From Amoebophrya sp. A120 (lineage: Eukaryota; Protista; Dinoflagellata): a stretch of DNA of 64,000 nt. The stretch spans positions 488,722-552,721 of the forward strand of contig CAJINV010000017.1 in assembly GCA_905178155.1 (NCBI GenBank), in the 5' to 3' direction. Positions 1 to 12,748 of the stretch are shown here, in pieces. The notes beneath the pieces are model-generated. The model was given only the letters and a program-made list of their open reading frames with translations. It made no database searches and was not told the origin of the DNA. Positions within the stretch are counted from its first letter, which is position 1. Every line of letters begins with the position of its first letter. A program made the translations under genes and the position numbers.

Positions 1-60
1 CCTACATCGAAGGAACATGCCTGAAACCAATTCCCATTCCACACTTCTCCTTTCTCATAC

Positions 61-3000
61 CCTCTCACGAACCGGGACAAGCCTACCAACGCCGCATTGA
101 CGAAGGTGGAGAGCTGCAACTGGAAGGTCAAGTGCCCCGAGATCGTCAGTCTGGATGAGACCATCCCGAATGGCGGTTTGGATTTGGTGTTCGTCGACAT
201 CCCCGGAATCAACTGCCCCGACAAGGGCGAGGCGTACAAAACGTACGTAAGCGAGAATTTCTCCGACTTCGACTACTTTTTGATAATGGTGGACGGCGAA
301 AAGTTGATCGCGCAAAACAACGCCAGCGAAATGGGAAGTCCTGATGTGGATAAGGTGGGGAAGGTATAATTCTTGTGCGACGCCAGCATGATCACTACAA
401 GGTGCGCAGCAGCACTGATAAAGTTTGCAGTCATGCGGATGAACATGAACCAACAACTGGATGTTCATATAGAAATTTCCTATGCGAGGAAACGAGACTA
501 TGAGTATGATAATCATGAGCATTTTTCACAAAAAATCAAAATGATCAGCTCGCCGACGTGAAGATGCAGGTCGATCAGGACAATAGTAACAAACCGATGA
601 GAACAACTTCGTCGAAGAACAAGTCATCGAAAAACCGATCTGCTAATAACTCCTACCGCGAACCCCCGCAAACTACTCGGGAGCACCACTATAATGACAA
701 TAAGCAGCAGCAAGACGATTACAGCAGCGCCCCGTGGACCAGCGACTACGGCGAGCAGCAGTTCGCAGCGGTGGACCAGTCCCATGTCTATAACGCCGAT
801 GGCAGCAACAGCAGCAACTGGCACTCGGCGAACAACAGTGGCAATGAAAACAACAACAATTCAGGGTTTTTTGACTACCACGACCAAGACCCAAATTACA
901 ACTACATGCAGGAAGAACACTCCGCCGAGGAGTGGAAGGGCCAGAACGATCACGAGAGCGGTCTGCGGTACGGAAGCTCACTGAAAAGGAGTCGGGAAGA
1001 AGAGGAGTATCCGGTATACGCCAGTGTGAATTTTTTAGTAGTAACGGTAACCCGGCTGTCCCCACCATATGCCGGCTTGTGTATTTGTGGTGCTCTGTTC
1101 TTGTCTGCGCATTGAATTTTGAACTTGCAGTGTCGTCTGCTCATGTTGACCGCTAGTAAGCAGAAATAGAGCAGTAAAATCTTGTTAAACATTTCTTCGC
1201 AGTCCGCCGGTGCAGCCGCGCACGAAGTTAATGCCGCCAGTCCGTCTAGCTCCGACAGTGACCTGTCCCCGTCTTCCAGCGACAACCTTTCCTCGCCCGA
1301 GATTCAGCCACCGGAAGTACACGCACCCTTTCTCGGGGAGGACGACGCGAATCTCGTCCGGTGGTTCTCCAACCTCATGTTCGCGCAGGGACAGCATCTG
1401 GACATGCCGCCCTGCTGCATGTTGATCAACAAAATTGACGACACGATCGTAAAGGATCGGCGGGAGATTCAACAGACGATAAAACGCGTGAAGAACGCCA
1501 AGTGGTTCAGCTACGGAGACGAAGCCGTAAAGAGGGCAACAACCTTCCAGCACGTTTTCCCGATTTCGGCGATCGGGGCTTTAGGGGTCAGAATATCGAC
1601 CAGCCGAAATCTGAAGGAAACCGTGGCGACGGTATAGTGAATAGACTGAACAAGAAGATGTTTTTAACTATTCTGGAGTACTCGATGTAGTACTTCTTAC
1701 ATTTAGCTTCCCGATGTGGCCGTTGCGAGGTAGCTGCATCACCATCAGCTCGAAATTATGTGCCACCACTAGATATCTTAATGTTTGTAAAAATGCAAAA
1801 TCGCAATCCTTTTAGGTCGACCAAAACTGTCTAGTCAAGCTGGCCGAGAAGCACCTACCCATGTCCTACGAGGATTGGGCAGACCTGAAGGAGGACAAGC
1901 GACACGCGGAGATTATCCAGTATTTGAAGAAGCTCACGCCGGAGCAGCGAGAGGAAAAGCTGAAGAAGAACAACTTCCACATGTTCCTCCAGTTTCTCGA
2001 GTCGGAAGTGGGAAAGAAAAAGCAAAAAGAGTTGCTCATAAAAATGATCAAGCGGCAGATGAATCGCGTCGCCGTCGAAGGACTGCAATTCGCCGACCTC
2101 ATTAAATTTCACACCCGAAGCCGACAGCTCTGCGACGGGGTGGACATCGGCACGCGGTTCCGGGAGATTTTCGAAAAGTCCGGCGGGATCGGGTTGCAGC
2201 TGTTTCGCTACGCTCCGACGGAGGAAAACGCAACCAATCTGAAGTCGAAGATTTTCGACCTGTTGAACGACTACCTGAACTTCATCGACAACAACTCGAA
2301 GGTATGCACTGGAAAAATATCTGGGTCTTCTGGCTATCGCGTTGTGCTGCGCGTCTTGTCATGAAGACAACAAGATCTATGTAAATGCATGCATATGCTG
2401 CTGCGGAGCCAACAAAAAACTTGTGTGTCACCACGATCTTCTCCTGCCTGGCAGCACACCAATCTCGGATGCAGGATTCATAGAGACTACACGTACACAT
2501 CGCATCTAATTTGCCAGACCTAGAGATCTTCGCAGTGGATAGCTTAAGGACCAGGCGGACGTCTCCTTGAAGCATTTGGCGGAGGTAGAATTTGTGATTT
2601 TTTGTGCAAGAGGAAGAGCAACTACAAGTGGAGTACTTCGATCAATTTGTAATGCTGTTTACCATTTCAATTTCTTGCGCAACGCTACCGCAGGTCGAGA
2701 AGCAGGCCAACGATTTCCTCGAGCAGTGGCTGCACAACCTCACTGACAAAATCGGGTTCTGGTGCTTCGGCCTTGGTTCACACACCACGACCGTGACGCA
2801 CCAAACCCAATCGAACAACGAGCCGGGATCCTGGGGCACACTGGAGCCGCACGATTTTGCGTGCATCATGGAATCAGTGACGCTGGCTCTGGAACTAGGG
2901 GAGAGCTTCAAGCGAGCCGAGTTTTATCCACAGGAAATTTGACACCGCATCGTCGGCACAAGTGTTGAATCCACAGTGTTTTACGAGACTCTTTTCTTTG

Positions 3001-3749
3001 CATTTCATCTAGTTGAGCCAGTGGACAGCTGTTGGCTTTATTTAGCCATACAAAAGATTTCGGAAGATGTTTGTTGTAGACGCCTTCATTTCTACAGCTG
3101 CTTCTGCTCATCTTGCGCCGTGGTGTGGTAGTAATTTCTATTTCATACACTCCCAACAGACATGATAACGATTTGGAAGTGCTTCAAAGACCTAGGGATG
3201 AGCAAGATCGAAAGGTCAGGCGGCTCGAAAAACTGCCCGCCAAGCTCAGCAGGGAAGTACACGCAGTCAAAGCCGGTATAGCCACTGAGTAGTGTACTTC
3301 ACCACGACTTGTTGAGCGTTCTGCTCTTTTTCGTTTTCCCTTGAATGTCGCAACCGCGTCTGTAACAAGTCATGGGCGTCTGATTCACATGCGCAAGAAC
3401 TTCATTCTGTAGACGGAACAAAAAACACTGATTGAAGTACCATATCAAAAAACAGAAGCGCGACGCGGATCAGTGCACAAGTGGCAAGTTTGACTTCACA
3501 AAGATGAAGCAGACCCTCGCAAATGTACAACGCTTCCCGCAGTTTGTCCGCCTGCACAACAAGTTTCTTTTGCACGCGAAGGAAGTTCGGGAGCGCATCA
3601 GTGCGAAGAGCGGCAAAAATTTAAACGGGAAAGGAGGTGCGGAACTGCAAAAGATCAAGCGCGTGAACAGTTCCATCGACGAAGAAATCGAGGTGGAGCT
3701 GGAAGAAACCAGCGCAGAACCGGCCACAAAGCGGGTCCGGATCGGCTGA
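61..3749 (+). CDS. Dynamin-like (BDLP/mitofusin-type) GTPase, 5'-partial, multi-exon
   Basis: G3-like LVFVDIPGIN, G4-like LINKID and G5-like VFPISA in order; G1 not in window. Inferred frame-preserving GT-AG introns 364-548, 1026-1202, 1632-1815, 2302-2542, 2585-2693, 2921-3159, 3257-3437; stop 3747-3749. The 5' edge of the first exon is uncertain (61 or 82). Confidence 0.65.
2303..2541. mobile_element. Decayed introner (family A) forming GT-AG intron 2302-2542
   Basis: Left end TATGCACTGGAAAAATATCTGGGTC resembles the family-A TIR TATGCATTGCAAATATGTCTGGGTC. Right end GCCAGACCTAGAGATCTTCGCAGTGGATA is a degenerate inverted copy. No recognisable TSD. Confidence 0.6.
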
Positions 3750-5092
3750 GGGGATTTGTGGCAAGAAGGACATTATATCATGGTGGATAAGTTTTATGTC
3801 TACGTGCAACTCCGCCACAAGCAGGTATTGGTGAGCAGCAAAGGAGATGTCTTCGCCGATGCGCAGCAAGTTTCACGTCTCAAACCGAGACACTTTCTCG
3901 TCGAACCGAGAGGATTTTTATGTAAAACATCTTTTTCGTGCGATCTGCATGCTGCAAAGGGTACGGAACTCAATTTTTAAGAAGAACGTACATTTTCCTT
4001 TGTTGATTTCCTGGACAAGTGTTGTGGCACCTAGTGCTAGTGGGGGAAAACAGTCATTTTGCAATAGATGAGAAGCTTCGCCTCTACAAATATGTCGATT
4101 GAGTGTCTAATTTTCACTCCTGCTTGTACACTTCTCTTCAATCGGCAAGGGCCTCCTTATTCTGATTACTTTGAGTTGGATTTTCGTGAATATTGCGCTT
4201 TCCAGTCTACTTCCTGCCGCGCCCACCTCCAGCATTGTTTTTCTTTTATGGTGGTTATCATTTTTTCTGCTGCATCAAAACCACAGGACCCGCTATTTTC
4301 AGAGACTGCAAATGAAGACAGCTACTTATACTTCTATTCACTAACTGCAATTACCGGGCCAAAGATGTCTAGCTAAACAATCAAAAATGCGAATCTTATG
4401 TGTGCCGCCTGCTATTGTATATGAAGAAAAAACAAAAAAAAATTGGGAAAAAGAACCATCATTCATCGTCGCTGCAAATTGATGTATCGACGCATCATTA
4501 GAATTCCATAGAGAGCTCCCGATGTGAAATGTCTTCGCTCATCAGTAATGGTGCACCACTTGCTGCGAGGATGTCGATGTTGCTACTTACGAAAGATGAA
4601 CGAGCCCATTGTTCATGGAGATCTAGATCCATGTCATAAGTATGATCTTCAAGCGATTTCCGATATGTCCAAGGAGATATTTTTGCCGTTCACCCGAGAT
4701 CGCGACGATCCACAGGAAAACCCAACAAGATCTTGGTTTCCTGGGCCTCTCGCCCGAGGGGTCCGCGGATCGCTATTGCTGCGAAGCTTTTTGTGATCGT
4801 GACACTTTATTTGCCATTACCCTTCTTTACTCCCGAACTTGCACCAGGACCTCATATTTTTTCCAGTGTATATGGTCATGCCCATGGATGGCCCGTCTTA
4901 GTCTATGCGTAGATTATAGCTTGAGTTCGTAGTTGTACCAGTGTCAAGATGCTGCGCTTGTTTCAGAAGAACGTTGCATAAAGAACTTTGACCCCCGAAG
5001 TAATAGGTGTATTTTACATGAATTTATCTTCTTCCTTCTCGCTGAGTGATTTGAATTCTCACTTTTTACGACCCCCGAACACCGACTAAAAC

Positions 5093-6122
5093 ATGGTGTC
5101 CGTCCGGCCCGCCCGAACGGAAGACCTGCTGGGCATGCAGGCTTGCAACCTAAGTTGTCTCCCCGAGAACTACCAAATGAAGTATTACCTGCTCCACCTT
5201 CTTTCCTGGCCCCAGCTACTCTACGTCGCAGAGGAAAACTGCTCGAAGAAGATAGTGGGCTACGTACTCGCAAAAATCGACGAGGATAACGAGGGGGTAA
5301 TTATAGACTCATTGTTTCAGCCGGAAGATCCTTGCATAGTTTTTGTTTTCCATGTTGTCAACATCTTCATGCCAAAAGCTGTGTATATCAAGGCGGGTAT
5401 TGATGAAGCTTCAGCATTTTGACTAGAGCGCTAGTGCATTCATTTCATTGAAAAAACGGAACGCAAGAAAAAAAAAAACAGATCCACGGCCACATAACGT
5501 CCCTTTCCGTGCTTCGTTCGTACCGAAAGCTTGGGCTCGCCACGAAGCTGATGCGGTGCACCCTGGATGCGATGCAGGAGTGCTTCGACGCCGAATTTGT
5601 CTCGCTCCACGTCCGCGTCAGCAACCGAGCGGCGTTTACGCTTTACAGCACCGTCTTGGGCTTTCAGATACACGACGTGGAAAAAGCTTACTACGCCGAC
5701 AAGGAAGACGCGTACGACATGCGAAAGGAGCTGAAAGCCAACTCCAAGGTTGGACATAAAAAAGCACCGGGCGCGAGCAAGGATGACGTCAGTGGGCAAG
5801 GCAGCCTGGAGGATTTGCAGTATTTTTTTTCTTAGCCAGTTGTGATTTTTTTGCCCATCGTTTGAAGGAGGTTCTTGTCCGCTGCATTTTAATATGTGCA
5901 TGAGTGTGCTTCTGCTTGTATCAGCAATCACTATTACATTTAAATCCTTTTAATTGAAACAGGGAAAACAACTTTACGGATGGCGAGAAAAAGCCGGCGG
6001 AGGGAGATGTAGACCAGCTTGCAGAAGATAATGTGGATGAATCCAAACCCACAACTGCCGACACGACCGCATCTACAACAACTGCAGGGGGCGACGCAAA
6101 GAAAAAAAAGAAGAAAAAGTAG
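5093..6122 (+). CDS. NAA10: N-terminal acetyltransferase A catalytic subunit (ARD1/NAA10)
   Basis: [68 protein letters not shown]. Exons 5093-5296, 5482-5819, 5963-6122 with GT-AG introns. Confidence 0.95.
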
Positions 6123-6818
6123 ATGAATCCTCTGGAGTAGTCCGCCCGCGCTCCTATTCCCTTCTGAAGAAACAAGAAGAGGCTGCTGATTTGTTTCACA
6201 CACTGCTGCCACTAGAATGGAGGTGCAGGTACTTCTTCATCTGTGGGCTCAGATTATTCATCTAACTTCGGGTGGCAAACATATTTTTAACGAAGACCTA
6301 CGCGTTTAGCATGTACATGAATTCCGCGAAGAATTCTGCAGAAGTGGCAACTACAATATGTCGCAACATTAGACGCTGCTTCACCGCGGTTCTGATCTTC
6401 TTCGCCGTGGTGTTCTGCTTTCACATCATCAGCTGCACTAGAGAAATTTGGTGTATTTTTGACCATGGTTCACCTTCTGGTTTCGTTTTGGATGCGGAGA
6501 AGTTCTCGGACATGCGCTCTAGTATGTAAGAGCGTGGTCAGCCCTTCCGGCCCTCGTCGTGACTAGAGGGACAGAAAGAGAGATGCGTGAAGTGTCGGAC
6601 AGAAATATATGCGATGAAGCTACACGCACGTATGTGCACGGTGCGTGCGTTCACTTCAGGTTGGTTTCAAGCATCAGTTCTCGGACTATTTTTCTTTAGC
6701 TTCAGCAGTAGATGACCGGGAAGAGGTGCCGGTGCCGGAAGATAGAGATTCGATGTTGAAGACAAGATTTTTATTAACTCCCTGCAGCTAGCGACAAGCT
6801 AAGCGAGGTTGGAAAAAA

Positions 6819-9800
6819 ATGACGCGTCAGCACGGTAGTTCATCTTCCGGTCTGGATCTGCACCGCGAAGCGAGGGAGCACTCTGCGGGCTACGCCCCAT
6901 CGTCTTCCTCCTCGAGCGCGTTTTTCCATGCTAGCAGCCCACACGGAGGTGGATCACATGTGGAAAATGGTGGTCCAGGATTTATTGGTGTTCCTGCAAG
7001 CAGCAGCGCGTCTTCAACATCTTCTTCAAGTAGCGCTGCTCTGTACGGAGATCATCAACATGCTGCGATGAATCATTTCGGACATCTTCCTCATCACCAA
7101 CACCACCTCTCGCTGTCCCAACAGAGCGCCAGAGCGCATGCGCACCTGCATAATCATGCGCAACTCCACGGGACCGCCCATGCACTGGCCGAAGGACAGT
7201 CGTCATACGCTTGGGACCACATGCACGCCATTCACCACCACGCGAGAAGGTATAGGGGAATTTTTGTGGCGGTGATCTGTTTTCTAGATAGATATAAAAG
7301 TAGTAATTCGTACTACTTTCACACCATCTCCCTTCGGTGGTGACGGAGACACCGCGTTGATCTTGATGCTATCGCTATGGCATGAAACAGTATATGCTAT
7401 GCTTTAATTGTTCTGATGAAAATCATCGACCCATGATGATATTTCGTTCCCAGGTTGGTCGGCATGCCGGACTACAAGTACTCGCTTTTCGAGACGGAAG
7501 ATGTGACAGCGTGGCTCGCCTTCACGGGCTTTTTTTTCCTGCTCATCTTCTGCGACTTGTTTCTCATGAACCGCAAGAAGCAGCGGATGACGCTTTTTGC
7601 CGCGACCTGCCAAACGCTTTTTTGGATGTTCATGGCAAGTCTGTTTTGCGCGTTTCTCTACCAAAGATATGGGCGGAAAGACGCGTACCAGTGGGCGAGT
7701 GGGTACATTCTCGAGTGGATGCTTTCCTTCGACAACTTATTTGTCTTCCACTTGATTTTCCGAGTTTACCAAACGCCGGAAACATTGAAACATAAACCGC
7801 TGATCGTCGGCATTTGTGGCGCGGTGGTGCTGTATGGAAGCGGAAAGCTGCTGCGCTTCTATCAGTGAGATGTCAAGGAGAAATAAGGTCCCGCAACATG
7901 CATATATGTGCAACACTATTTCTTATTTGAGCTGTACACGAAAAGCAAAGACCACTCTGCGGTCTACATCATGAAGACTCATTTCCTAGGAATTAACTTT
8001 TGAGGCGTGGCGGGACTCTAGAAGCTGCATCGATAGATTCAGCGGCTTTTCGTTGCCACATGACGCGATTAGGGTTCATCGTCATTGGGGAGCTTCTGAT
8101 GCACGCCATATGGGCCGCACACCTCGTGTTCGGGATGTTTCTCGTGTATATTTCGTTTTTGAAGAACATAATTGTTTTTTACCAGCATGAGCTTTTGCCC
8201 TTGCATGGAAAGGAAGCAGCGATGTTTGGTAACCTCATTAGCAAAAGGTATTTCAAAAACAAATAACATGAAATCGATGTCGTAATTCCAACACAGATAC
8301 ACTGGCGTCCGCGCCATTGTCCAGGAGGAGGACGACGAGGATCCGACGCAGTTTTCTTCTGTGCGGTTCCTGCAGAAGCGGGTGCCCTTTGTCGGGATTT
8401 ATGACCAGGAGGGCAGCTTCTTCATCCAAGTCCCCATTTATGCAATAGAAAGAATTTGGTTTTAGATACAGCAGGAGCGTGCAGCACTAGACATAAAAAT
8501 TTTATTTCATGATCTTGCTCCTGCTGTTGCTGGTCGTGCTGAGTCATAACATAAGGAGCCGCAATATCCGTAGCAATTAAATCCGAAAACAAAAGATTCA
8601 AAATCATGCACATTGACATTTCACGCTCGTCTCCGTTTGGCGAGTCTGTGTGTGTGCCTGCGGTTAATGTACCACTTTTCTTTCTCCTCATACCACGGAC
8701 GCAAATGGGAACCTTATGAGCGTGGAGCACTTAAAGTACGACCCCACTCGAGATTCCAATTTGAAAGGAGAAAGTAGTATGGCTGCGCTTGCTGGTTCCT
8801 CTAAGAACGACGACCTCCAGCTGCACAACGCCGCCATAACAACTACGGCAGGAGCGAAGATTAACAGTTCAAGGAGTAGTTGTGATGCGGACGCAAACAG
8901 TTGCGCTGCAAATGGTGCGAGGCAAATCCTGATGTCACCGCCAACGTCCGTGGACGAGTTGAAACTGCTGCGGAATATGAGCAAACCAAACTCTTCTCCG
9001 CGGCAAGTTGCAAAGGGAGCAGGACCTAGTACAACAGCATCAAACGCGAACTCCTGCGAAATTGTGGTCAACAAGGAGCAAGACAGGGACCACGGGCAGT
9101 TAAGCACGACCACCGCAGCAACGAACAGTAACGCGAGCCTAGCGGCACACGACCTTTATTATGAAAGTGGCCACTTTAGTAGTCTCCCTGCCGATCCGCC
9201 GAAGAACGTCCATCATTACGAGACCCGGGCGACAATGCTGTTTTTGGTTGTGGTGTGTTTGGAGATCTGCGACCTGATCTTTGCCGTGGACAGCGTCTCC
9301 GCCATCGTAGCGCAGGTTTCGGACCTGTTTCTGGCATACACGAGTGCGGTGTTCGCGATGCTCGGGATACGATGCTTGTTCTTCATCGTCAACGCACTAG
9401 CAGACGTACTGATACTAGTGCTTTCTTGTTGTACTGAAGAAGAAAAGTCCAAGTCGCGAGTAGCATTTATCTGTTCATCGTGCTCCTGCTACTACTAGTA
9501 CGCATGATGAAAGTGACGACTGGGAAGATTGGAGATGCGAGCCGTATTTGCGCTAAACCTAAATTCGCACAGCGTCTACATAAAATTTTCAGGTTTTCGC
9601 CCTACTACAGTACGGCGTGTCGCTGATCCTGATTCTGCTTGGGCTGAAACTAGTCCTCTCGAAAGTGATCGAGATCAGCCCGGAGATAGTGTGCTTGTCT
9701 CTGTTCCTGATTCTAGTCGCCTCGATGGTCGCCTCAGTCGTCATGGACATGTGCGAACAGGAGAGGAGTAAGTCAAAAGACAGCTCATCTGTGGGCTTCG

Positions 9801-9964
9801 GTTCACCAGGGGGCGATATTGCGAGCCACCGGGAGGACGTAAGTCCTCAGCATGAGGTGGAACAGCAAAGAGAGTCACGGAGTACTCCGGCTCGAGGCCC
9901 AGGAGTGGAGGCAGGACCTGCTCATGAAGCAAAAGTTGTTGCCAGAGCGGCACCGGCGGTTTGA
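6819..9964 (+). CDS. TerC/Alx-family integral membrane protein with His-rich N-terminal extension
   Basis: GYILEWMLSFDNLFVF, GICGAVVLR, EICDLIFAVDSVSAI and YTSAVFAMLGIR are TerC motifs. Introns 7250-7453, 7832-8064 (GT-AC), 8146-8296, about 8438-8693 (non-canonical), 9406-9592. Confidence 0.88.
8439..8692. mobile_element. Degenerate TAT...ATA inverted-repeat introner in the TerC gene
   Basis: Left TATGCAATAGAAAGAATTTGGT vs reverse complement of right TATGAGGAGAAAGAAAAGTGGT. Flanks CCATT/CCACG (3/5 TSD). Removal rejoins QVP to TDANG in frame. Confidence 0.6.
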
Positions 9965-11170
9965 GAATCATGCGCTGGAAAGGGCCAGGATAAGGCCAGG
10001 CAAAATTGGTTTCAACACACGTAGACTTTTTCAGCCTCGGGCCGAACAATGTCGGCTTCAAAATAACAGCCCGAAATTGATGCAAAAAATGACATCACGA
10101 CGATTCCTTCGGCTGCAGCCTAGCCGCCGCATGAATGGATGGATGATGCAATGTCAGACAGATTTCGATTTTACTTCACTAGTTTGTTACGTTTAAGCAT
10201 CCCTACCCTTTTGGGTTCACTTCGGGTAGAAATTTGAATTAGACTGAGAATATAGGATCGACGTAGGCAGCCAAGAACAAAGCTAGAGTTCCGCCGAGTA
10301 GTTTGAGTAGAGACTACAGCTTCGCTTTTTACTTTTTTTTCACCAAGTGGAAGCAGAACAGCACGAAACAATGTTTGCCGAACACGTTTCCGTTTTGTTT
10401 TCAATGTAGAATGCAAATGTAACAAAACCAAGAGAATACTTTTTCTGAGAGGGTGGCTCGTTGTTCCCAGTGCCACCCTCTTGATCATCAATTTGATTGT
10501 ACACAACCAGTGGAACATGCTGAAATTTTTCACATTTCACAGACGAAATGCATACTCAACCGATGAGAACACGGAACGCCACGCCAGGGTGGCAGCCGAA
10601 CAGCGGTGAGACGCCACCGCGTAGATATGTTGGATGTTTTCTTCTTGCGGTAGTACATGTGATGTTTTGATGAATCCGTCGCGTCCTGCTTCCGGAGCGA
10701 CTGAAACGCACCATTTTGAGTAGGAAGCGAAGGACACTGAGAGCCGGGCTCAGACGACGTGCGTGACCGAATGAGGGCGTCGAGAAGAGAGCCTTACTGC
10801 AACTGCAATGGCACCTAAGAAATTGTATGATTTGTCTATCACTCTATACTGCAGTTGTTTTACCCGTTCCGTTCGTTTCTTTGTGTGTTTTGGTTTTCGA
10901 GGTCTCCGTCTCGTTGCCACGTCGCAACTACATCCATACACAGCTAGACAATGGCTGAAAGCTGCTGTGACGGGGATATCTGCCCGTGCCGTCTGTGAAT
11001 CTGTGAAGGAGGAACAGTTGCTTGGCGACGCGGGTCGAAAAACCGGTCATCGGCTGCGTGACGAGCCGGTCGTGTGCGAATAAAGCAGCTCCCCCGCTCC
11101 TCGCTTGCTGTGTGGATACGGCAATATTAAGTAGACCCCGCTCCGAGCAGCAGTCGCCACGAGGGTCAAC

Positions 11171-12748
11171 ATGTCGTCCATGGCGGCTACTACAACACTC
11201 CTCGCCGGGAAGATGTCCTCCTCCATGCAGCGCGGCTCGCTGATCCAGTGTTCCCGGATTTGCCGCGGCGGCATGATAACGGACGGGCCCTTTCCCGTCG
11301 TGAACCGAACCCCCCGAGCAGGCACGGTGAAGCAGGCACCCCCGAGGCCGCCGACGCACGGAAAGCACGTCACGATAAAATTGTCCGAGGAGGAGTGGCT
11401 GAAACAAACACCCGGGACCGGGTTGTCGCTCCTGTCGCCCTGGAGGCAACCGTATCGGCAGGTAGAAACTGCTTCTAGAGAAAATTTGTCATTTTTGAGG
11501 GAACGAAGCTAAAGATGTGATGCGTGGCTGTGTAGCATTGCTGTTCCTGTGGCATGAGAGTAGTAGGAAGACAACGACCGATGAGTACAAGAAGCAACAT
11601 ACGTTACCAGACCCACGGCGATTACACTCAATGCACCGTGGGAACGTTCGGCGAGATGAAGGGGTGCATGCCGAAGCCACGGCGATTTTTCCAGTGGCCG
11701 CCGCCCCCGAGGTTTATCGACCAAGCGCGGCTAATTCTCGTCCAAGACCAGCTTCGCGGAGAGCACGGAGAACTGTCCGCCTCAGCGCTGGCGAACGTCA
11801 CGAAATTTTCCGAAGGAGTAGCAGCGAGCAGAAAAGCCGATATCACCGTGAAAGATTTGGAGCTCGGGGTAAGTACTAAAAGTCGTGGTTGTGTTTGTGT
11901 TTGTCAGTTCTACTATGCGTGTGCGTGTGCAGTCCAAGCATGAAATGAATCATTGGCTGTGTGCATCATGTGCTGCCGACATGAGAATAGTAGAAGCCAT
12001 CTCAAAAAGACAAAACCATCTACCATTATCTATCAGGGTGCCGGCGGGTACACGGATGACTACGCACGGAAGCTGTTAGAGTGGCACAAAAAGCCGGACG
12101 GAAAAACCATTCCGATTCCAACGGACCAGGATGACATTCACACGTTTGTCATGGACGGTTTGCGTGACGAAATGACCGTGGAGGACGTCGCGTTGCACAG
12201 GATTAGGCAACAGGAGGTATTTCTGCTCGAACGCGGATCGACGCATGCGCCTTGCCTTCCTGCATGACACTGTGAGCCTTCCTTCATGACTGTCGTGCAT
12301 GAAATAATGATGTAGAAGAGTACTAAAATCCTATCAATTGATGAAAGTAACTTCAACGCCATTGAAATCAATAGGAATTCGACCTGATTAGCGCCATCAA
12401 CGTGGGCGGCGTGTTTGTCTTCCTGGGAATGTGCACCATGTAAGATTTTTATGATGTTTTCGTTTTTGAATTTCTTCAAAAAACAGACATGCAGTTGGAG
12501 TAAAGTTGAGCCAGCTCCTACGTACACGCGCATTTCTTGTTCCATGATGAAGTTGAAAATTTACCTACACGACCGTCCTGCACGGAAGCAATGAAAAAAT
12601 TGATTTTGAAAATCGTGTCTCCAGCCTCCTGATTCCGATTTGGTGCATTCCGATGTGGCGGCCGTTCATGAGCAGAATGTGGCACATCATCGACGATGAC
12701 GACTGGTGCATCCGACGCTACGGCCGCGGAAAACTCTACGCGTTCTAG
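11171..12748 (+). CDS. Hypothetical protein with one C-terminal hydrophobic segment and a possible mitochondrial presequence
   Basis: Frame-consistent GT-AG introns 11462-11610, 11869-12036, 12217-12374, 12440-12624. N-terminus is Ser/Thr/Arg-rich and acid-poor. Hydrophobic VGGVFVFLGMCTILLIPIWCIPMW spans a junction. Confidence 0.7.

Noticed and set aside
3254-3440. GAAGTAC direct repeat at both ends of intron 3257-3437
   Set aside because: Repeats are 180 nt apart but the frame requires a 181-nt intron, so this is not a simple TSD. AG/GT consensus explains part of it.
8430-8727. Alternative canonical GT-AG intron in TerC
   Set aside because: It is in frame but ignores the TIR/TSD boundaries at 8439-8692. 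Disfavoured rather than excluded; needs cDNA.
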